A stretch of 64,000 bases of DNA from Lama guanicoe. Its lineage: Eukaryota. Positions 57,340 to 64,000 of this stretch are shown one piece after another. The stretch lies in assembly GCA_013239625.1 (NCBI GenBank), contig MU053504.1:1490001-1554000 (forward strand), in the 5' to 3' direction. Each line of letters begins with the position of its first letter. The first letter of the stretch is position 1. The position numbers were made by a program, and so were the translations under genes. Below the pieces are notes generated by a model. It saw only the letters and a program-made list of their open reading frames with translations, was not told where the DNA came from and made no database searches.

Positions 57340-57810
57340 AAGGTCATAGCCCAGATTTCAGGTGACTCCCTGAGATGTGCCCCACCAGGTGAGGGCTCTT
57401 GGCTTCCGCAAGAGCAAGCCATGGTAGCATAAAAGCAAGTTTATTTAGGGAGATACACACTCCATAGACAGAGTATGGGCTATCTCAGAAGGCGAGAGGC
57501 CTCGAGATGTGGGGGTGGTTAGTTTTTAAGGACTAGGTAATTTCATATGCTAACAAGTGGAAGGATTAGTCCAGCTATTTTGGGGAAGGGGTGGGAATTA
57601 CCAGGAATTGGGCCACCGCCCACTTTTTGGCCTTTTATGATCAGCCTCAGAACAGTCCTGTGGGTGTGTCATTTAGCATGCTAATACATTACAATGAGTG
57701 TATAATGAGGAGGCTCAAGTTCTTCTGGAAGCAGACCTTTCCACCATCTTTGGCCTAGTAGTTTCGAATCAGTTTTTGTGGTGTCCTCAATGGCTGTGTT
57801 ATTCTTTCTA
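57340..57810 (-). mobile_element. ERV1-like LTR remnant
   Basis: aaagcaagtttattt (AATAAA on - strand), gagatacacactccatagacagagt...ggaattgggccaccgcccactttttgg, LTR-like. Confidence 0.55.
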
Positions 57811-59884
57811 CTTTCAGTCATCAAACAATTTTAAAAACTCAAGCAGAGAATTGTTTAATTTGTGCATATGTATTTATGCATGTATATATATGCAATACAT
57901 GTATAACATGTACCTGTGTGTGCACACCCCCTTTCTACTGCTCTTTATTCTTGGCGTTTGAGATTTCTTTTTGTTATCATTTGCTTCCTAGCTGAAGAAA
58001 TTGCTTTAGCCATTCTTTTAGAGCTATTTTGCTGACACATCATTTCCTTCATTTGCCAGTGTCTTTATTTCACCTTCATTCCTGAAGGATATTTTTACTC
58101 TGTGTAGTATTTTGGCTTGATTCTTTTAGCATTTGAAAAATATTGTACACTTCTTGTGGCTTCCATGGTCCCTGATGAAAAATATGCTGTCTTTCAAATT
58201 GTTTTTCTCTTACAAGTAGTGCATTGTTTTTCTCTAGCTGTTTTCAGGACTTTGTCTTTGGTTTTCAGCACTTTGAAGGTTTAATATCCTTAACTAAATT
58301 TGGAGAGTTTTCAGCCATTATTTTTCAAATAATTTTTCATCTCTGAGTTCTTTTTTCCTCTCATTTTTTTGAGGACTTTGGTGGAATAAATGTTAGATCT
58401 TTATTATTTTCCCGTAAGACTCTGATACTCTGTTCATTTCTTTTTAATCTCCTTCCTCTCAGTGGTACAGATTGGACATTTTCTGTTGATTTGTTTTTAA
58501 GTTCAGTGATTGTTTCTTCTGTCATTTCCATTCTGCTATTGAGCCCATGCAGTGTTTTTTGTTTTTTGTTTTTCAGTTTTAGTTATTATATTTTTTAAGT
58601 TCTAAAATTTCCACTTAATACTCTTCATGTCTTCTGTTTACTGAGTATGTACAATTTCTTTTTGGAGGATTTTGAGGATATCTGCTTTAAAATCATTTCC
58701 AAATAATTTAAAATCTGTATTGCCATTGCCTTTTCTTCATTCAAGTTGAAATTTTCATGGTTTCTAGTATGACAAGTAATTTTGGATCACATCCTAGACA
58801 TTTTGAGTATTCTGGTTCTTATTTACATCTTTTTATTTAACAGGCAGTCAACCTGTTTGGGTTTAGAACATACCCTGGCCAACTTGTTGCCTGTGGTTCA
58901 AAAGTCAGTTTAGTTTTCAAAGTCTTGCTATGCTATTCTGGTCTGCCCTACTTGTGAACTATGAAAAGACCAACTTGAAACCTGGGCGTTAATTTCAGAA
59001 CAGTATTTAGTACTGAAACGTTTTGCTGTGTTTCTGATCACTCCTACACATGGGTCACTGAGGGGTATGTCTAGGATTTTGTATCGATATTTATAGAGGA
59101 TTCAGTTATCTAGCTTCCTTTTTATCATAATCTTTCCCTCATTCTCTAGTTGAGCTGGGATTGGAGCTCCACCTTGTTGTTCCAGGGTGGAAATGGAAGA
59201 CAGGGCTCCACCCACATTCTCTGAAGCTGCAGCCTGGTGGGGGTGGGGGAGGTGCTGCCTCATTAATACAGGGCTGGGTTGGGAAACAGTTCCTGGTGGG
59301 AGAAGGAGGGGTGCCACTTTTTTGTTGTTTGCTTGGAATAGGACAGATATCGTCAAAATACTTCCATCTTGCTGTGCCGCCCTTTTCCTGGTCCTGTGTC
59401 TAGAGAAAACAGGCTTTTCTTGGCACTTTTTAATTTGTGCTCATTGGTATTTTCAGGTTATGAGCCTCTCCAGAGCTCAGGGCAGGACATGTTAGAAGTC
59501 AAATCAAACCAAACCAAACAAAAAATAGGAAACTTCCTGCTGGATCAGTCCTTGTGTCCCAAGGTCCCTAACCAATCTACCTTCTTTTTTCTTCTTTTTA
59601 GAATGTTCTGTCGATTGCTTCATGAATTTTGTCTGGGGTTTTTTTTTTGTTGTTGTAATTAGTGGGAGAAATAGGGTGAAATAGGCTTATTTCATCTTGT
59701 CCTGAACTGAGAAGTCCCTGTTTCATTTTTATATTATAAACATTAGTTTATGGACACTAGGTTTTCCCCTATGTACTTTTTTTCCCTAAGTACACAGTCT
59801 TGCATCTGCAAATAAGTTTTGGGGTGTTTCCCCAATAATTATATCTCATTTTGTTTTTTTACCCCATTAACTAGAACTTCTAGA

Positions 59885-60175
59885 ACGGTGGTCAGCAAAC
59901 TGGCCCATCTTTTATATTCATCCTGCTGCTTGTTTTTGTTTTTTTTGTTTTTTTCTGTATGACATACGGACTCAAAGTGGGCTCTACATTTTTAAGTGGT
60001 TGGAAAAAGACTCAAAAGAATAATATGTGAATATTATATGAAATTTAAATTTCAATGTTCATAAAGTTTCTTTGGAGTACAGCTGTGCTCATTTATGCAC
60101 ATATTGTCCATGGCTGCTTTTATGGTGCAACAGCAAAGTTGAGTAGTTGCAACAGAGACTGTGCCAGCCCCTGTT
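59885..60175. mobile_element. MER58-like hAT MITE
   Basis: gtggtcagcaaactggccc...aaaagaataatatgtg...gagtagttgcaacagagactg..gccagcccctg; homologous to 50965-51271. Confidence 0.7.
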
Positions 60176-62227
60176 GTAGATTACCAGATCATTGTAGTGG
60201 CAGTCAACATGCTTTTCTTACCCTGGTTTAATGATTTCAGTGTTTCGCTTTTCAATATGTCATTGGCTATTATTTTGAGATCATTTTCTCAGCTGAAAGA
60301 TTCTTTTGTTTCTGGTTTCTAAGGATTTTTGAGAAGTTGCCCTCACAAGTGTGATTCTTTTCCTTCATTCTCTGACTCATTGAATGGTACAAGCTAGGTA
60401 AATCAGAAACAAGTAGCATTTGACACCTTTCCCTCAGCTCGGGAGCAAATTCTTTATCAAATTCTGTGCAGTTTACCTCCTAAATATCTCCCTACTCGTA
60501 ACACTTTTATATCTCTGCTAGTAACCTAGCCTCCTAACTGGTTTACCCACATCCTGACTTCTGTGCTCTATACCTATCCAGAGTGTTCATTCCAAAATTC
60601 CTGCCAGGTAAATCACCCTCTAGTAGAAGCAGAAGTCATACATCTGTTCTTCAGAGGCTTCTTAATGCTCTTAGGTCAAAGAAAAATCCGCCTTACGTCG
60701 TCCTGACCTGCATACATCTCCAGCCTTCTCTGGTGCCATGCTCTCCCTTACTCTTTGTTCTCTAGATACAATGGCTTCTTTTAGGCCTTGCACCATTTCT
60801 GAGACCATTGGCTAGAATAGAGTTCCACAGCCTCCTTGCCTGCTTAACTTCTATTCATCTTTGATATTCCAGTTCAGGAGTCAGAAGTCCTCAGGGAGCT
60901 TTACTGAGCTCCCTGACTAGGTTAGATTTTCTTATGGGCTCTTAGAGTCCTGTAATTCTCTTCTCACATTTATCTGTTAAGTGAGTTGTTTAATGTCAGC
61001 TTTTTTGCTGCTAGACTGTAAGGTTCATGAGGGCAGGTATTCAGTTAGGTTTTGCTTACTGCTTCATTTCTAGTATCAGGACTAGAACCTAGCACAAAAC
61101 GAGTGTTCAGTAAATATTTTTGTCTAATGAATGCATTTTTAAAAAATCAAGAGTTTTACAAGCAGCTTTTCTGGCAATCATCAGGGTAATCATGTGGCGT
61201 TTTATAGTTTGAATTATTTTTGTGGGGATTTTTATTAATATGTTTCCTGATAGTAGACTGTGGTTTAATTTCTGAAGTAAGCCTTCCTCAGTCATATAGT
61301 ATAATTATAACATATCCTGCATTTTCTTGGTTAGAATTTTAAGATTTTTTTGCAGTTACTTTGTGTGCATGTACATGCGTGCACACGCATGTGCTTTGTC
61401 AGATATTGATATCAGAGTTATCCTAGTATTTTCATGGTTTATTTTATTCTGTTGTTTCATTGTCAGCTTTTCTAATCTTTATGTTTTAAATGTTTCTTGC
61501 AAACAGCATATAATTGGGTTTTATGTTATTAGGTCATATAATTTCATATTTTAATTGGAGCTTTTAATTAATTTAATGTGATCAATATATTTGAATTTAA
61601 ATTTGCCATCCTTGCTTTCCATTTGACACATCTGTTCTGGGTTCCTTTTTCTCTCCTCTCTTGCTTTTTGGATTAATTGGCTTTTTTATTACTATTACAG
61701 TTTTTTTCCCCTCTTTGAAGTTATAGACTCTATCTATAATTTCTAGAGTGGTTACTCTAGAGATTATAGCAAGTAATCTAGGCTATTAAATTAATATTAA
61801 TAGTAAATCAGTACATTGGTTCTTAAGCAATACAAAGATTTTGGAACATTTTAAATTTCTTTAATCTACCCCCATATATATCTATTTTTGTTATGTATTT
61901 TAATCATATATGTTTTAAACCTCAGAAGACATTATTGTTTTTTATGATTGGTGTACATTTAGATCCACCCATGTAGTACCATTTTCATTTTTCTTCACTC
62001 TTTCTGAATCTTTCGAGGATTATTTTCCTTCTGCTTGAAGAATGTCCTTTAGTAATTTCTTACAATAGTTTTGCCAGTGTTGAATTTTGTTCACTTTTCT
62101 TAGCCTGAAAATTTTTAAATTTCATCTCAAGATTCTTAAAAGATATTTTTACTGGGTATAGAATTCTAGATTGGCAGTTATTTTTGCCCTTTGAAGATAT
62201 TCTTTCCATTGTCTTTTGGCTTCTGTC

Positions 62228-62880
62228 TGTAGTAGTCAGGCTTCTACAGAGAAACAGAACCAGTAGGATACGTGTACATGTATATATAAAAAGATTTATT
62301 TTAAGGAATTAGCTTACCCACTTATGGCAGCTTGGTAAGTTCAAAATCTGATGAGGGGTTGGGCAACAGGCTGGAGATTCAAGAAAGTTGAAGTTTGAAG
62401 ATAGTCTGCTGAAAAATTCCCTCTGGTTCCAGGGAAATGAGCCTTTTCTTCTGTTCAGGCCTTCAGCTGGTTAGATATAGCTCTCTCACATTATGACAGA
62501 CTTTACTCAAAGTCCACCAGTTTAAATGTAAATCTCATCCCAAAATACCTGCATGGAAACATCAGACTAATGTTTGACCAAATATCTAGGGACCATGGTC
62601 CAGCCAGTTGACACATAAAATTAACCTTACAAGTCTATCCCTTGTCAACTTGGTACTCAGATGCACTTCTTAAGCCATATTTAATCTCCAAATAAAGACA
62701 GTAGCAAGGCCATGCTTCCACCACCATGTGATACATCTATCCTGCATTCAGTCAAAAAATTAGTACCCCTTTCTCAGAAGAAGATACAAGTCTTTGGATG
62801 ATGTTAACTTTTCTCCTTGATATCTTGTAGCTTAAATATTGAGATATAAAGTTAACAATATGTAAATACTATGATCAGCT
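62228..62880 (-). mobile_element. MLT2-like ERVL LTR (62228-62630) plus adjacent internal fragment
   Basis: tgtagtagtcaggcttctacagagaaacagaaccagtagga...ttgacacataaaattaaccttaca, then agtctatcccttgtcaacttgg. Confidence 0.75.
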
Positions 62881-62982
62881 GTTTACTCTTAATTTTTTTG
62901 AAGAAAATATTTCTATATCTATTTTCTGTTGCTGCAAAGCCAAAGATCTCCAAACTTAGTAGTTTAAAGCAACAACCATCTA

Positions 62983-63471
62983 CAAATAGTCCTCGACTTA
63001 TAATGGTTTGACTTACGATTTTTCAATTTTATGATGGCGTGAAAGTGATATAAATTCAATATAAACCATATCTCTAATTTTGATTTTTTTTTTTCCTCTG
63101 GACTAGCAATATATGGTACAATACTTTCTTGTGATGCTGGACAGCAGCAACGAGCCATAGCTCCCATGTCGGCCACATAATCACAAGGATAAACAACATA
63201 TACACTTAGAACCATTCTGTTCCCATTAAACCATTCTTGTTTTTCACTTACAGTACAGAGTTCAACAAATTACAGGAGATACTGAGCAGTTTATTATAAA
63301 ATAAAATGTTGCTCAACTGTTGGCTAATGTAAGCACTCTAAGCATGTTTAAGATAGGCTAGGCTATTGTGTTTGGTAGGTTAGATTACTAAATGCATTTT
63401 GGGCTTAGGCTTTTTTCAACTTACAATAAGTTTATCTGGACATAACCCCACGAAAAGTCAAGTAAGATCTG
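62983..63471. mobile_element. TcMar-Tigger MITE (MER47/Tigger5-like), inserted into an MLT1-like LTR (~62900-63920)
   Basis: TA|caaatagtcctcgacttataatggtttgacttacgattttt...aagtcaagtaagatctg|TA: TA duplications and degenerate terminal inverted repeats. Confidence 0.75.
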
Positions 63472-64000
63472 TAATTCGTTTTCAGTGCTGTGAATCAGAG
63501 CCTGTGCTGGGTTTGCTGTTTGGTTCCTCTGTGGTCTTGACTGGAATTATTCCTACAGCTGTAGTCAACTGGTGGTTATTCTGGAGCTGGGATTGTCTCA
63601 AGCACATGTCTGGCTATTGCTGTTAACTTCTGCTGGGGCTCTCTATGTAAAGGGGTCAGCCAGGGCTTCTTCACATTATGGCAGCAGTGTTCCCAGAGAG
63701 CCAAATGGAAGCTGCAAAGTCTTTTAAGGCCTCAACTTCAAAGTTATGCCATCCCTCCCACTGCATTTTATTGACTCAAGCAAGTCATAAGGCCAGCTCA
63801 AATTCAAGAGTTGGGGAAATAAATGTTATCTTTTGGTAGGAGGAGTACCGAAGTCTCATTATAAAAGGTGTACATGCAGGAATTGGAGGGATGTTTGTAG
63901 CCACCTTTGCAGTCTGCCACAGTATTTCTTTTTTTTTCTTCTGAATACTTAAATTTTTTAAAGAAAGAAAATTCTTTTATTTTCAGAAGTATTACTTTGT

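Overview
Mammalian genomic DNA, most likely a camelid judging from five copies of a tRNA-derived SINE resembling camelid Vic-1 (inference). There are no prokaryotic features. The window holds the 3' part of VPS16 intron 1, all VPS16 coding exons 2-24 (+ strand, 10177-16600; frame intact, 839 aa if exon 1 carries the 53 coding nt I recall for human) and its poly(A) signal. A CpG-island promoter and first exon follow at about 22300-22779, then a 74-nt 5'-leader exon (55965-56038). I assign these to PTPRA from the known VPS16-PTPRA gene order and from recalled sequence. The rest is intronic or intergenic DNA rich in L1, L2, MIR, ERVL/MaLR LTRs and hAT/Tigger fossils, plus a young U6 retrocopy. 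The most notable signals are: (1) two minor-spliceosome (U12) introns in VPS16, one of which must end in GG rather than AG to keep the frame and lies just downstream of a (TG)n-preceded exon; (2) an AUG-rich PTPRA leader with a Kozak-perfect polyproline uORF; (3) an ERVL provirus with a CpG-retaining CTCF-like site in only one LTR; (4) L1 3' fragments repeatedly truncated at the same G-tract. I found no wholly new biological system. Repeat family names come from recognition by eye and their boundaries are approximate.
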